A stretch of 62,939 nt of DNA, counting the filler. It is 7 parts of 7 records of this genome, joined end to end, with 100 filler letters (N's around TTAATTAATTAA, not from the genome) between each part and the next. Parts side by side here need not be neighbours in the genome. Positions count along the whole stretch, not along the records: positions 22,257 to 31,840 come from SRR31156797_13672; positions 31,941 to 38,422 come from SRR31156797_13680; 5 more parts are not named here. One strand, 5' to 3'. The position numbers and the translations under genes are program-made. Position 1 is the first letter of the stretch, and each line of letters begins with the position of its first letter. Under the pieces are notes generated by a model. That model was not told the origin of the DNA and searched no databases. It saw only the letters and a program-made list of their open reading frames with translations. Positions 27,260 through 37,487 of this stretch are shown piece by piece.

Positions 27260-29302
27260 ATGAACGCAGAAAAAACCAATAAGAAAAGAAAATACACAAC
27301 CATATTCAAGCAACTGATCTTGAATGTGATTTTCCCAGTTGTACTCGCACTTTTGCTTCTGGCAACTTTGAACTATATACAAACCAGTCGCATCTTAACT
27401 GAATCAAATCAGACAAAGAATTATATCATATCTAATGAGATTAAGCATATAATGGAACTTCAGGATATTGCGCTTGAAACCATTGAAGATCAGAAAAACC
27501 TGGTAATGGAAAGATATAGTTCTGAATTGGTTGATAACTATTTTTCCGATACGAAATTGATAGAAGATGCTGATTTAAATGCTATTCGTGATGAGCTGGG
27601 AATGGATACTAATTATTACGATATCTATGTGATAAATCGTGATGGAATAGTAGTGAATACAACGTTTAAATCAGATATGGGCAAGAACTTCTTCGATTTT
27701 GGAGAATCTCATAAGAATTTTTTGTTAAGAGTCTTTGATGAAGGAAAATTGTTTGCTGAGCGTTTTGGAATAGAATCATCAACGAAACGATTGAAAAAAT
27801 ATACATATCAAAGAACACTTGACAGTAATTATATTATTGAGCTTGGATCTTATTCTCCTAAAGCAGATGAGTTGCTGGCAGAAATTCGCAAAATATTATT
27901 AACCATTGCTGAGAAAGAAGCAAATATTATTTCTGTTGACTTATTTATTGGAGAGGAGCATCCGTTTACATTAACTACCAATGAGGTAATTACCCCAAAA
28001 GATTTTGAAATCCTGTCTAAAACGTTTTCTTCAAAAGATACTAATCTGCAGGTTTTACCAACAGATAGTATGAAGCTATATCGGGAATTCATTTATATGG
28101 AACGTGAGAATACAGACTTATACAAAAAGTCTGTTATACGAATAGTTTCCGACCGTTCTGCTGATAAAAAGATTTTGTTGAATGAGTTAATAAAATCGTT
28201 GATTATATCAATTATCACAATTTTAATAGTAGTTGTAATCATTTATTACAAAACAAAAGTTATAACCAAACCAATTAAACGATTGGTTGAAAATGTAAAT
28301 CGTATTGCCAAGGGTAACTTAAAAGACCGCGCATTAATTGAAGGTAGTAATGAGATTGCAACCCTTTCGAAGCATTTTAATACTATGATTGAAAGAATTG
28401 AAGAGTATTATAATGTGCTTGAACAGAGAGTACGAGACCGTACAAAAGAAATTGAACAACAAAAAGAGGAAATTACCTCTCAGCGTGATGCTTTGGCCGA
28501 TCGGAATAAACAAATTGAGGCTGCTTATAAAAAGATTGAGGAGCAGAATGTACATATTACAGATAGTATCAGGTATGCTGAGCAAATTCAAAAAGCATTG
28601 TTACCACCTGATAAACAGGTTCAGGAATTATTCCCTGAGTCATTTGTATTATTCCATCCTAAGGATATAGTTAGTGGAGATTTCTATTGGATTAGAGAAA
28701 TTGATGGTAATAAGGCATTTGTTGCTGCAGATTGCACAGGTCACGGTGTTCCCGGTGCATTTATGAGTTTGCTAGGTATGTCATCATTGAATGAGATTGT
28801 CGATAAAGATTCGATAAGTAAAGCCGGGCCTATCCTTGATCGTTTACGAAAGTATATTAAAAAATCTCTGCGTCAAACCGGTAAAGAACGTGAACAGAAA
28901 GATGGCATTGATATGAGTATTGCCATTTATAACCCAGAACAAAACAAAGTAATTTGCGCAGGAGCAAATAATTCAATTGTATTAATAAGTGATGGCGAAG
29001 TGAGTGTGATAAAAGCTGATAGAATGCCTATTGGTATTTATCGAAAAGAGGAGCCATTTACAAATCATGAAATCGAAGTTAAAGAGGGTGATTTATTATA
29101 TATGTTCTCAGATGGTTATCCTGACCAGTTTGGTGGTGAGAACGGACGGAAGTTTTTAGCAAAGAATTTCAGGAAATTACTTTATGAGGTTCACAAGGAG
29201 CCTATTAATGATCAAAAGAAATTACTTGATAAACGCCTCAAACAATGGATGCGCGAAGAAGAGCAAGTAGATGATATTCTAGTAGTTGGAATCAAATTTT
29301 AA
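27260..29302 (+). CDS. Membrane sensor HAMP-SpoIIE/PP2C serine phosphatase
   Basis: Two TMs, HAMP (PIKRL...EIATLSKHFNTM), PKDIVSGDFYW, ADCTGHGVPGAFMS, SDGYPDQFGG, DDIL. Confidence 0.92.
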   Translation: MNAEKTNKKRKYTTIFKQLILNVIFPVVLALLLLATLNYIQTSRILTESNQTKNYIISNEIKHIMELQDIALETIEDQKNLVMERYSSELVDNYFSDTKLIEDADLNAIRDELGMDTNYYDIYVINRDGIVVNTTFKSDMGKNFFDFGESHKNFLLRVFDEGKLFAERFGIESSTKRLKKYTYQRTLDSNYIIELGSYSPKADELLAEIRKILLTIAEKEANIISVDLFIGEEHPFTLTTNEVITPKDFEILSKTFSSKDTNLQVLPTDSMKLYREFIYMERENTDLYKKSVIRIVSDRSADKKILLNELIKSLIISIITILIVVVIIYYKTKVITKPIKRLVENVNRIAKGNLKDRALIEGSNEIATLSKHFNTMIERIEEYYNVLEQRVRDRTKEIEQQKEEITSQRDALADRNKQIEAAYKKIEEQNVHITDSIRYAEQIQKALLPPDKQVQELFPESFVLFHPKDIVSGDFYWIREIDGNKAFVAADCTGHGVPGAFMSLLGMSSLNEIVDKDSISKAGPILDRLRKYIKKSLRQTGKEREQKDGIDMSIAIYNPEQNKVICAGANNSIVLISDGEVSVIKADRMPIGIYRKEEPFTNHEIEVKEGDLLYMFSDGYPDQFGGENGRKFLAKNFRKLLYEVHKEPINDQKKLLDKRLKQWMREEEQVDDILVVGIKF

Positions 29303-29310
29303 AACAAATA

Positions 29311-30642
29311 GTGATGGATTCATTACAGATTTATATTAGTTGCCATACCCAGAGTAAAATTATTTCCAAAACCTGGGTAGATATGTTTGCTCAGACTTTT
29401 CAGAGCTTAATGGCAGCAAAATCAAATGCGGATATTAAAACCCTTACAAGTTTCGATAAATCTGATTCCAATACTGTTTCAAAAAGCGATTTTGCATTAA
29501 TGATTGTATCTTCTGATTATTATGCTTCACCTAATTTGTCTGACGAACTGGAAGTAATTAAAAATATTAATCAGAAAGAAGGCGAAAACGTGTTTAAACT
29601 CATTTTTACTTCAGATGAAACAGGAGTTAAGAATGATGGAATAACTGCACTTAACCATAAATTCTTTCTGGATGATCCATTTACAAATATTGATTTACAA
29701 ACAGAGGAAGGATATTTTACGGAAAAATCTTTTTGGCTAAAACTAGTTGATCTTTCAAATTTAATTCTGCCTAAGGCTGTTCATAATGAACACTTCCAAT
29801 ATAAGATCTTTATGGCAGAACCATCACCGGATATTATTCAGGAATGGGAATCTGTAAAACGCGAATTAGAGTTTATGGGTCATGAAGTTATTGCCATTTC
29901 AGATGTTTCCAACAAAACAGAGTTAAATCAACAAACAATGGAAGGGTTTGAGAAAACAAACCTCATATTGCATATGATTGGGGGTGAGATTGGTGAACAA
30001 ATGGATGGTGTAGATAAAGTAATGGAACAAATTTCATTGGCAGCTTCATACTGCGAAAGAACCGGAATGGAACGTCGTTTAATATGGCTACCTGATAGTA
30101 TCATTATTCGGGATGAATTGCAAAGATTGGCAATTGAAAAAATGAAACGTGATAACAAAGCACTCACAGGAGCGGAGATTATTCAGACTCCAATTGAATC
30201 CTTCAAAGCTATATTACAGCAGCGTATTCATAAATCTGAAGAGAAGGTAGAAACTACAAAATCAGGCAAGGAAGTTTATTTGCTTTATACTCCACAAATG
30301 CAAAATGAAGGTAAGAAACTGGAGAAGATTATTGATAAATCAAATTTAGAGACTATCCATCCTTTGCTTTCGGGCGATAAAAGTGAATTGCTTAAACATC
30401 ATTGGGATTCATTATTGTCAAGTGACATTGTTGTCCTTTTTTATAACGCTGATCAACAAGATTGGGTAAATAGTAAGCGAAAAGATATCATCAAAGCTTC
30501 TGGATTTGGAAGAACTGAACCCATAGAGAAAAAGATATTGATTAAAAACACCAAAGAAAATATTGATCACCTTGAATTGAAAGATTTTCAAGTAGTCGAT
30601 ATTGAGAAAATGACCGAAATAGAAAAGTTTTTAAGTGACTAA
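29311..30642 (+). CDS. Protein with three TIR/DUF4062-like alpha/beta modules
   Basis: N-module QIYISCH..WVD..VSSDYYASPNLSDEL (TIR-like). Middle KIFMAEPSPD..VKRELEFMG..LHMIGG. C-module VYLLY..SDIVVLFY..W. Confidence 0.55.
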   Translation: MMDSLQIYISCHTQSKIISKTWVDMFAQTFQSLMAAKSNADIKTLTSFDKSDSNTVSKSDFALMIVSSDYYASPNLSDELEVIKNINQKEGENVFKLIFTSDETGVKNDGITALNHKFFLDDPFTNIDLQTEEGYFTEKSFWLKLVDLSNLILPKAVHNEHFQYKIFMAEPSPDIIQEWESVKRELEFMGHEVIAISDVSNKTELNQQTMEGFEKTNLILHMIGGEIGEQMDGVDKVMEQISLAASYCERTGMERRLIWLPDSIIIRDELQRLAIEKMKRDNKALTGAEIIQTPIESFKAILQQRIHKSEEKVETTKSGKEVYLLYTPQMQNEGKKLEKIIDKSNLETIHPLLSGDKSELLKHHWDSLLSSDIVVLFYNADQQDWVNSKRKDIIKASGFGRTEPIEKKILIKNTKENIDHLELKDFQVVDIEKMTEIEKFLSD

Positions 30643-30655
30643 ATAGAATCATTAT

Positions 30656-31840
30656 ATGTGTCCGCAAACCAATACAAAAAGTCGTAAGCTTTTTAATCCT
30701 TTTCCGGGATTGAGGCCTTTTACAATTGCTGAAAGTCACCTGTTTTTTGGACGTGAAGGACAAAGTGAAGAAGTACTAAGTAATTTGTCGAAAAATAGGT
30801 TTGTTGCAGTTGTCGGATCATCCGGTAGCGGTAAATCTTCACTGATGTATTGTGGAGTTGTACCTATCTTACACGGAGGATTTATCACTGAAGCAGGGTC
30901 AAAATGGAAAATTATTCCATCCAGACCTGGTAATGACCCCATCGGAAATCTTGCCAAAGGAATTGCAGAAGCCACAAATGCTGAAGATGGTCAGAAAGTT
31001 AACACCAAGCTTATAAGGGCTATTCTGAATAGTAATTCACAGGGCCTTACAGAAGCAATTAAACATACGCAAAAAGATTCTGATCAGAACTACCTCATTC
31101 TTGCGGACCAGTTTGAGGAGTTGTTCAGGTTCAGGAAAAAACAAGATGACCTCGATGCAGCAAATGAAGCTTTTGCTTATGTTCGACTAATTTTAAATGC
31201 AGTACAACAATCCGAAGTTCCAATATACGTAATTATGACCATGCGCTCTGATTTTATCGGAGAGTGTGCTCAATACCAGGAGCTTACGGAGTTGATTAAT
31301 ACCAGTCACTATTTGATCCCACAAATGAACCGTGATAATTTCAGGTTAGCGATTACCGGACCGGTTGCTGTGGGAGGTGGAAAAATTACAGACAAGCTGG
31401 TCAATGAGTTGCTGAATGATTTAGGTGATAATCCCGATCAATTGCCTATTCTGCAGCATTCACTCATGCGGACCTGGAATTTCTGGATAGAACATACTGC
31501 CGGAAATGAAGCCATGGATGTAGAGCATTATGAGGCTATTGGTCGCATGGAAAAAGCACTTTCAAACCACGCCAATGAAGCTTTTAATGAACTCACCCCT
31601 GAAGAAAAAGATATTTGTGAGAACATGTTTAAAACGCTCACTGAGCGTGGTAATGATAACAGAGGTATAAGGCATCCAACATCATTAGAAATCATTGCAA
31701 AAATTGCTAGTGCAAGTGAAAAAAATGTAGCAAAAATTGTTGAGCATTTTAGAGCTCAGGGAAGATCATTCCTCACCTCTGCTGATAAAACACTTGATAA
31801 GCATTCAATTATTGATATTTCTCATGAGAGTTTAATGCGG
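30656..31840 (+). CDS. nSTAND1-type P-loop NTPase, 3'-truncated
   Basis: NPFPGLRPF, FFGRE, Walker A GSSGSGKSS, Walker B LADQFEELF, TMRSDF, LPILQHSL, SHESL. Confidence 0.88.
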
Positions 31841-31940
31841 NNNNNNNNNNNNNNNNNNNNNNNNNNNNNNNNNNNNNNNNNNNNTTAATTAATTAANNNN
31901 NNNNNNNNNNNNNNNNNNNNNNNNNNNNNNNNNNNNNNNN
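31841..31940. other. Artificial contig spacer
   Basis: 44 N + TTAATTAATTAA + 44 N. Confidence 0.98.
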
Positions 31941-32549
31941 GACCATAACATTATTTTTCACAGGATTGAATTTGATCCCCCTAAAAAGACAGCCGATGAA
32001 TTTACACAGGAAGATTATACATTAGACAAAAACAGCAAAATTGTTCGTGGGATGCAGTTGATTAAAAATAAGGGTGCTTCTTACTGGTTTACGCTTGATG
32101 CAGATGACTTGATTGATCGCCATTTTGTGGAAATCATAGTCAACATGGATCTTAAGTCCGGATGCATTCTGGATGGCGGGTATGTTATTTATAAAAGCAG
32201 AAAAAGGGCTATCCCTCATGACAATATTTCATTGTTGTGTGGATCCACCTCTATCCTTTGCAACAAATATATAGAAATACCTGAAACGCTGGACATAGAA
32301 ACAATGAAAATAATTCCATGGTGCAGATATTCACATACGAATATGGCTAAGTATTTTGAAAATGAATTAAATGCCCCTTATACAAGAATTTCTGATCAGC
32401 TCATCGGCTATGTAATGGGGCACGGAGACAACTGCAGTGATGGATACAGAATGAATATTATCCAAAAAGTTAAATCTTATCTGAAGCCTCTGATTACAGG
32501 ACAGCGACTTACTAAAAAGGTGAGAAAGAAATATTCCTTAACGGTATAA
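31941..32549 (+). CDS. GT-A fold glycosyltransferase-like protein, 5'-truncated
   Basis: Open from the contig start; LDADDL DxD motif; CGSTSI; GHGDN. Confidence 0.6.
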   Translation, partial: DHNIIFHRIEFDPPKKTADEFTQEDYTLDKNSKIVRGMQLIKNKGASYWFTLDADDLIDRHFVEIIVNMDLKSGCILDGGYVIYKSRKRAIPHDNISLLCGSTSILCNKYIEIPETLDIETMKIIPWCRYSHTNMAKYFENELNAPYTRISDQLIGYVMGHGDNCSDGYRMNIIQKVKSYLKPLITGQRLTKKVRKKYSLTV

Positions 32550-32553
32550 GGTT

Positions 32554-33843
32554 ATGGGTAAATTCTTTTTAATGCTTTTCTTTGGAGGGGTTGGGCTGTC
32601 TTCGCTTAAAAGGCCTTGGATTGGTATTGTCGCTTGCTATCTTTTGGTAATTTTGGCCCCACAGCATATCTGGTGGTGGACATTTGAAGGCACAAGACCA
32701 TTTCTTATAGTTGCCTGTTGCACCATTATAGGATTTTTATTTGCTCTTTTTTCCGGTAGAATTCAACTTACCAATCTCCAGACAAAAATAAATTTTTTCT
32801 TTTTGGTCTGGTTTATTATGATTACCTTATCTTATCTTTTTGGGGCTTACATCGACTATGGACCAGGCCCAAGATTCTTTGATCCTGAGGTTATCTATCC
32901 AAGTTATGTCAAAATGTTTTTCTTTTATTTTCTATCTGTAATGTGCATTGATGAGAAAATTAAAATAAAGTATCTGGCCTGGGTGATGGTTGTTTCCATT
33001 ATCTATCTGGTTTACTGGGCAAATGATCAATACCTGAGTGGGTATTATTGGGGCAGATTATCTGGTCCAAAATCATTGACCGGGGGGCAGTATGTTGATG
33101 AAAACAGCTTTGCCATGCTTTTCGTGACAGGGTTGCCCTTTCTTTTTTATATGGGATTTCTTATAAAACGGCGTCTAATACGATATTGTCTCTGGCTGGT
33201 CATACCTTTTGGCTGGCATGCGGTTTTTCTTACCGGCTCTCGGGGAGGGCTTCTTAGTTTAGGTGCGATAGTAGCAATGACGGCCTTCAGATCCCCCAAG
33301 AAAATGTATGCCCTTTTTCTGATACCGATTTTCTTATTTGCTTTTGTATGGCAGGCTGGTGATGTTATGAAAAATCGAGCCAATACCATTGAAGACTATC
33401 AAGAAGAAGATTCTGCACGGACAAGACTTGAGGCATGGGCCGCAGCCTTGGGAATGATGAAAGCTTATCCTTTTCTCGGTGTTGGCCTGTCGTCTTTTGG
33501 GCCAGCGTTTCCTGATTTTTCGGATAAAAAACCAAGGGTTGCCCATAATACTTTTTTCCAAATAGGGGGGGAAAGCGGGATAATTGCATTATTTGCCTAT
33601 ATCTCTATTTTGTTTACTGCTGGCATAAATCTCTGGAGAAATAAATTTGATTCAACAGGAAAGGACAGCGAAAGTTATCTATACTATCTGTTAAATGAAG
33701 CTGTCTTGATATCACTTTCAGGATTTGTTGTTTCTGCTTTGTTTTTATCTCTTAATCAATTTGAAATTTTTTTTTATATAGCTGTGTTGTTTAATTTTCT
33801 GGTTCAAAAGAAAAAAGAACCTCAGTTCCTCAGATCCAAATGA
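32554..33843 (+). CDS. O-antigen ligase family / putative O-glycosylation ligase (exosortase-associated type)
   Basis: Multi-TM; RPWIG..PQHIWWW, DENSFA, TGSRGG, R..AW, AHNTFFQ. Confidence 0.85.
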   Translation: MGKFFLMLFFGGVGLSSLKRPWIGIVACYLLVILAPQHIWWWTFEGTRPFLIVACCTIIGFLFALFSGRIQLTNLQTKINFFFLVWFIMITLSYLFGAYIDYGPGPRFFDPEVIYPSYVKMFFFYFLSVMCIDEKIKIKYLAWVMVVSIIYLVYWANDQYLSGYYWGRLSGPKSLTGGQYVDENSFAMLFVTGLPFLFYMGFLIKRRLIRYCLWLVIPFGWHAVFLTGSRGGLLSLGAIVAMTAFRSPKKMYALFLIPIFLFAFVWQAGDVMKNRANTIEDYQEEDSARTRLEAWAAALGMMKAYPFLGVGLSSFGPAFPDFSDKKPRVAHNTFFQIGGESGIIALFAYISILFTAGINLWRNKFDSTGKDSESYLYYLLNEAVLISLSGFVVSALFLSLNQFEIFFYIAVLFNFLVQKKKEPQFLRSK

Positions 33844-34892
33844 ATTTAATTAAAAAAATAATGAAATACCCTGGATACAAAATGGTTGACTATATAGTCA
33901 ATACTTCATATTTCAGGGAATCCTTGTGGCATACAATAAAAGATATGCGCCAATCGACTATAAAATCCGATATAAAATATTTTCCACCCCAACCACATGG
34001 TGATTCTGTTCAAAAGTCGACATCAAAGTCACTCGTGGAAAGAAAACCTATTTTTATAACTGCAAGATTTCGATCTGGTTCAACTTTCCTCTGGCATCTA
34101 TTCAGAGCCTTAGAGGATACCACAGCCTACTATGAGCCATTGAATGAAAATATGTGGTTCTTGGAAAAAGACTATAAGACTGATCCAACTCACATAGGGG
34201 TTAATGACTATTGGGCAGAGTATAAAAACCTTCATCGTTTGAAATCATTATTTCACTGTAGTTGGAACGTGAAAAATCTTTATATGGATGAGCGCCACTA
34301 TGAACCAGATTTATATTGCTATATAAACGAATTAATTAAAAATGCGAATAGTCGGCCTGTTCTACAATTTAACCGAGTGGATCTTCGGCTGCCATGGCTA
34401 AAAGCAAATTTCCCTGAGGCCTCAATAGTTTTCTTATACAGACACCCTAGAGAGCAATGGATGTCTCTTCAAAAGGATGGGCCATTTATTCCAAGTGACT
34501 TTAAATTATCAGCTTCATCTAAAGTTGAGTTATTCTATTTAATTCATTGGGCAAAAGATTTGCGGAAAATTTTCCCATTCCTTGAGCCTGAAAGTCAGCA
34601 TCCGTATTCATTGCATTATTATATTTGGAGATTATCATACTTATTTGCACAGTCCTATTCAGATTTATTTATTAGCTATGAAGCCCTTATTAAAGATTTT
34701 GAAAATACATTTACAAATCTTTTAGCCGGTTTGAAAATCGAAATCCAGTTAAAAACTATTGAAAAACTTAAAGTCCTTAGCAAAGGGACAACAAGTTCTA
34801 GATGGCAGGACTATGCATCTCAGGAATGGTTCGAGGAAAAAGAACAATGTTGCGAAAGAGTATTAAAAATTTTTTTTTCAAGTTGCAGTTGA
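33840..34892 (+). CDS. Sulfotransferase (PAPS-dependent)
   Basis: PIFITARFRSGSTFLW 5'-PSB loop, YYEPLN, YRHPREQWMS, SYE. Confidence 0.85.
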   Translation: MNLIKKIMKYPGYKMVDYIVNTSYFRESLWHTIKDMRQSTIKSDIKYFPPQPHGDSVQKSTSKSLVERKPIFITARFRSGSTFLWHLFRALEDTTAYYEPLNENMWFLEKDYKTDPTHIGVNDYWAEYKNLHRLKSLFHCSWNVKNLYMDERHYEPDLYCYINELIKNANSRPVLQFNRVDLRLPWLKANFPEASIVFLYRHPREQWMSLQKDGPFIPSDFKLSASSKVELFYLIHWAKDLRKIFPFLEPESQHPYSLHYYIWRLSYLFAQSYSDLFISYEALIKDFENTFTNLLAGLKIEIQLKTIEKLKVLSKGTTSSRWQDYASQEWFEEKEQCCERVLKIFFSSCS

Positions 34893-34931
34893 AATGGTAT
34901 ATAGCAGCTTCTTACTATACAGGAGTAGAGA

Positions 34932-36461
34932 TTGTCATCTAACCTATACAAATTAGTCAAAAATATAGGAGTCAATCAGATAGGGTTTTTGGTCTCAGTC
35001 TGTGTTGCTTTTTTATTATCACCATTTGTTGTTCACTCTCTTGGTGATAAATACTATGGAATTTGGTCTTTAATTGTATCATTTGCAGGGCACTACGGTC
35101 TGCTTACGTTTGGTATTCAGGGGGCGCTGACAAGATATGTTTCGTACTCTATAGCCAAAGGAGATAATAATGCGGCTTCGGCTTATCTAAGCTGTGCATT
35201 TTTTTTTCTGATCATAACGGCCATGCTTTGTATGGTTGTCGGTCTTTTGTTATCAAAGTATTCAACTACCTTGTTTCATTTTGCGGATCAAGCCGTTTTT
35301 GAAACAAGAGTTTCAATATTAATTGTTTCACTTACAGTCGCGGTCACCTTTGTCTTCGCGTGCTTCCAATGTAATCTTGTCGCAAATCAACGCTTTGATC
35401 TAATCAATACAGTTGGTATCGCCTCAACTCTTATTCGGGCCGGGTTAACGGTATATCTTCTAAAAAGTGGCCATGGTATCGTATCTCTTGCTCTTTTAGG
35501 GTTTTGTGTAACAACAGCTGTTGGCTGTATTAATTTTATTCTATCAAAGGTTTTTTGTCCCAATATCGTCATTTCAGTTCAATTCTTTAAAATTAAATAT
35601 TTTAAAGAATTGTTAAATTTCGGTTCAAAATCGTTTGTGATATCAATTGCTGTAACCCTAGTCTATCAGTGCGACTTACTTGTGATAGGTATTTATTTGC
35701 CGCCTGATAAGATTACATTGTATAGCTTGGCTTCAACTTTAATTTCCTACTATATTCAATTTGTTGCCTCAATCACAAATGTATTTGCGCCATTTGTTAC
35801 AGAAAAATTTGTTATTGGCGGCACAACCGAAATGAAAAAATTTTGCATTGAAGCCGGTCAAATCATGTATATGCTTGCAGGAATTGCCGTTTCAGGCTGT
35901 ATTGTTTTTGGGAAATCGTTTTTTAATCTTTGGGTTGGACAAGGATATTCGAACTCTGCTGTAGTACTTAGCTTATTAATTTTACCCCAATTTTTTGCTA
36001 CCGGTAATCGCGTCAGCACTTCTATTTTGGGAGCTATGAATAAAATGACAATAATGGCCTCTTTATCTATATTCGAGGGAATTTTAAACTTAGCATTAAG
36101 TATATTATTAGTTCGGAATTATGGAATTTTTGGAGTCGCTTTGGGGACATTAATACCTCTGATTCTAACCAATGGCATACTATTCCCACTTTACGTGGTT
36201 AACGTATTAAAAATTAATATTTTTAATATTTTTATCAACGCCATGCTTCCAGGTGTATTAATAGCACTGACTACTTATTTTAGTGGAAGTTTTTTAATTA
36301 GTATAATTTCACCGTTGCATTGGGCTGCATTTATTTTTGATGTCTTTGCCGTGATTGTTATCAATGTAACCAGCTGTTTAATAATTTTAATGTTTACAAA
36401 AAATTCAAAAATTAATTTTAAGAGCGTTGCTTTGATAATAAATAGATCCGGCATTTTATAA
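34932..36461 (+). CDS. Oligosaccharide flippase (Wzx/MOP family)
   Basis: Highly hydrophobic; SPFVVHSLG..YGIW; LNLALSILLV..GIFGVALGT. Confidence 0.85.
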   Translation: MSSNLYKLVKNIGVNQIGFLVSVCVAFLLSPFVVHSLGDKYYGIWSLIVSFAGHYGLLTFGIQGALTRYVSYSIAKGDNNAASAYLSCAFFFLIITAMLCMVVGLLLSKYSTTLFHFADQAVFETRVSILIVSLTVAVTFVFACFQCNLVANQRFDLINTVGIASTLIRAGLTVYLLKSGHGIVSLALLGFCVTTAVGCINFILSKVFCPNIVISVQFFKIKYFKELLNFGSKSFVISIAVTLVYQCDLLVIGIYLPPDKITLYSLASTLISYYIQFVASITNVFAPFVTEKFVIGGTTEMKKFCIEAGQIMYMLAGIAVSGCIVFGKSFFNLWVGQGYSNSAVVLSLLILPQFFATGNRVSTSILGAMNKMTIMASLSIFEGILNLALSILLVRNYGIFGVALGTLIPLILTNGILFPLYVVNVLKINIFNIFINAMLPGVLIALTTYFSGSFLISIISPLHWAAFIFDVFAVIVINVTSCLIILMFTKNSKINFKSVALIINRSGIL

Positions 36462-36536
36462 AAGTTGTTATGATGATATCATCTTCTTTATCGGCAAACC
36501 AAAAATAAAAATTTCATGTAAGAGTAAGGGGGAATA

Positions 36537-37487
36537 GTGGGAAAAAATAACTCTGTACTAGTTAGTGTTATTATTCCGGTATATAATGGTGAAAAATATA
36601 TTTCTCAGACAATTCAATCTGTTTTAAAACAGACTTATAAACCAATTGAAATTATTGTTGTTGATGACGGATCGAAGGACCGAACTGTAAAGATTCTAAA
36701 AAAATTTGGTTCATCAATTCGATGGGTATCACAACCAAACAAGGGTGTTGCCGGAGCTAGAAATACTGCCTTGAACATGTGTAAAGGCAGATATGTGGCC
36801 CTAATTGATGCAGACGATTTATGGTTGCCTGATAAAATATCAAATCAGATGAAGGCATTTGAAAAAAATCCACAAGCCCAGTTAGTTTGGGGGGGAACGG
36901 TTAGGTCAAAAACTGGTTGGACTAACGCTACTAACAGCTGTGCTTATCATAATGAAAGAATGCAGTACACTAAACGGGATCTTTTAATATTTAATAAAGT
37001 TGCTGCCTCGACCGCAGTCTTTAAAAGAAAAACAGCTTGGGAAATAGGAGGCTTTGATGAAAAGGTACCTCCATGCGACGATTGGGATATGTGGATAAGA
37101 CTGGCACAAACCGGCCCAATTATTTATGTGAATGAAACAGTTGCAATCTATCGGGTTCATGATGAGCAGATAAGCCACAATCATTATAGTTCAACAAATG
37201 GAGAGTTGTATGTGGTAAAAAAACATGAAAACCTATATCGCTCCTTCAAAAAAGGCCATGCTTTTTATCGATCAGAATTGGCTAAAAGGTTGAGTGTTGC
37301 TGCGATGGAAACCATTAAGGCTGGGCATCCAAAACAAGCAAGGAGTTTGGCACTCCAATCTCTTTTTCTGTTTAAAAAAAAATGGTGGCCTATGTGTTTA
37401 AAAATTTGTTTAGAATCAATTATAGGCGAAAAATTTTATTCTTCTCTCATGATGGTTTTAAAAAATAAAAAAACCAATGAGCTATGA
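36537..37487 (+). CDS. Glycosyltransferase family 2
   Basis: VSVIIPVYN, VDDGSKD, ARN, IDADD, DDWDMWIR. Confidence 0.92.
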   Translation: MGKNNSVLVSVIIPVYNGEKYISQTIQSVLKQTYKPIEIIVVDDGSKDRTVKILKKFGSSIRWVSQPNKGVAGARNTALNMCKGRYVALIDADDLWLPDKISNQMKAFEKNPQAQLVWGGTVRSKTGWTNATNSCAYHNERMQYTKRDLLIFNKVAASTAVFKRKTAWEIGGFDEKVPPCDDWDMWIRLAQTGPIIYVNETVAIYRVHDEQISHNHYSSTNGELYVVKKHENLYRSFKKGHAFYRSELAKRLSVAAMETIKAGHPKQARSLALQSLFLFKKKWWPMCLKICLESIIGEKFYSSLMMVLKNKKTNEL

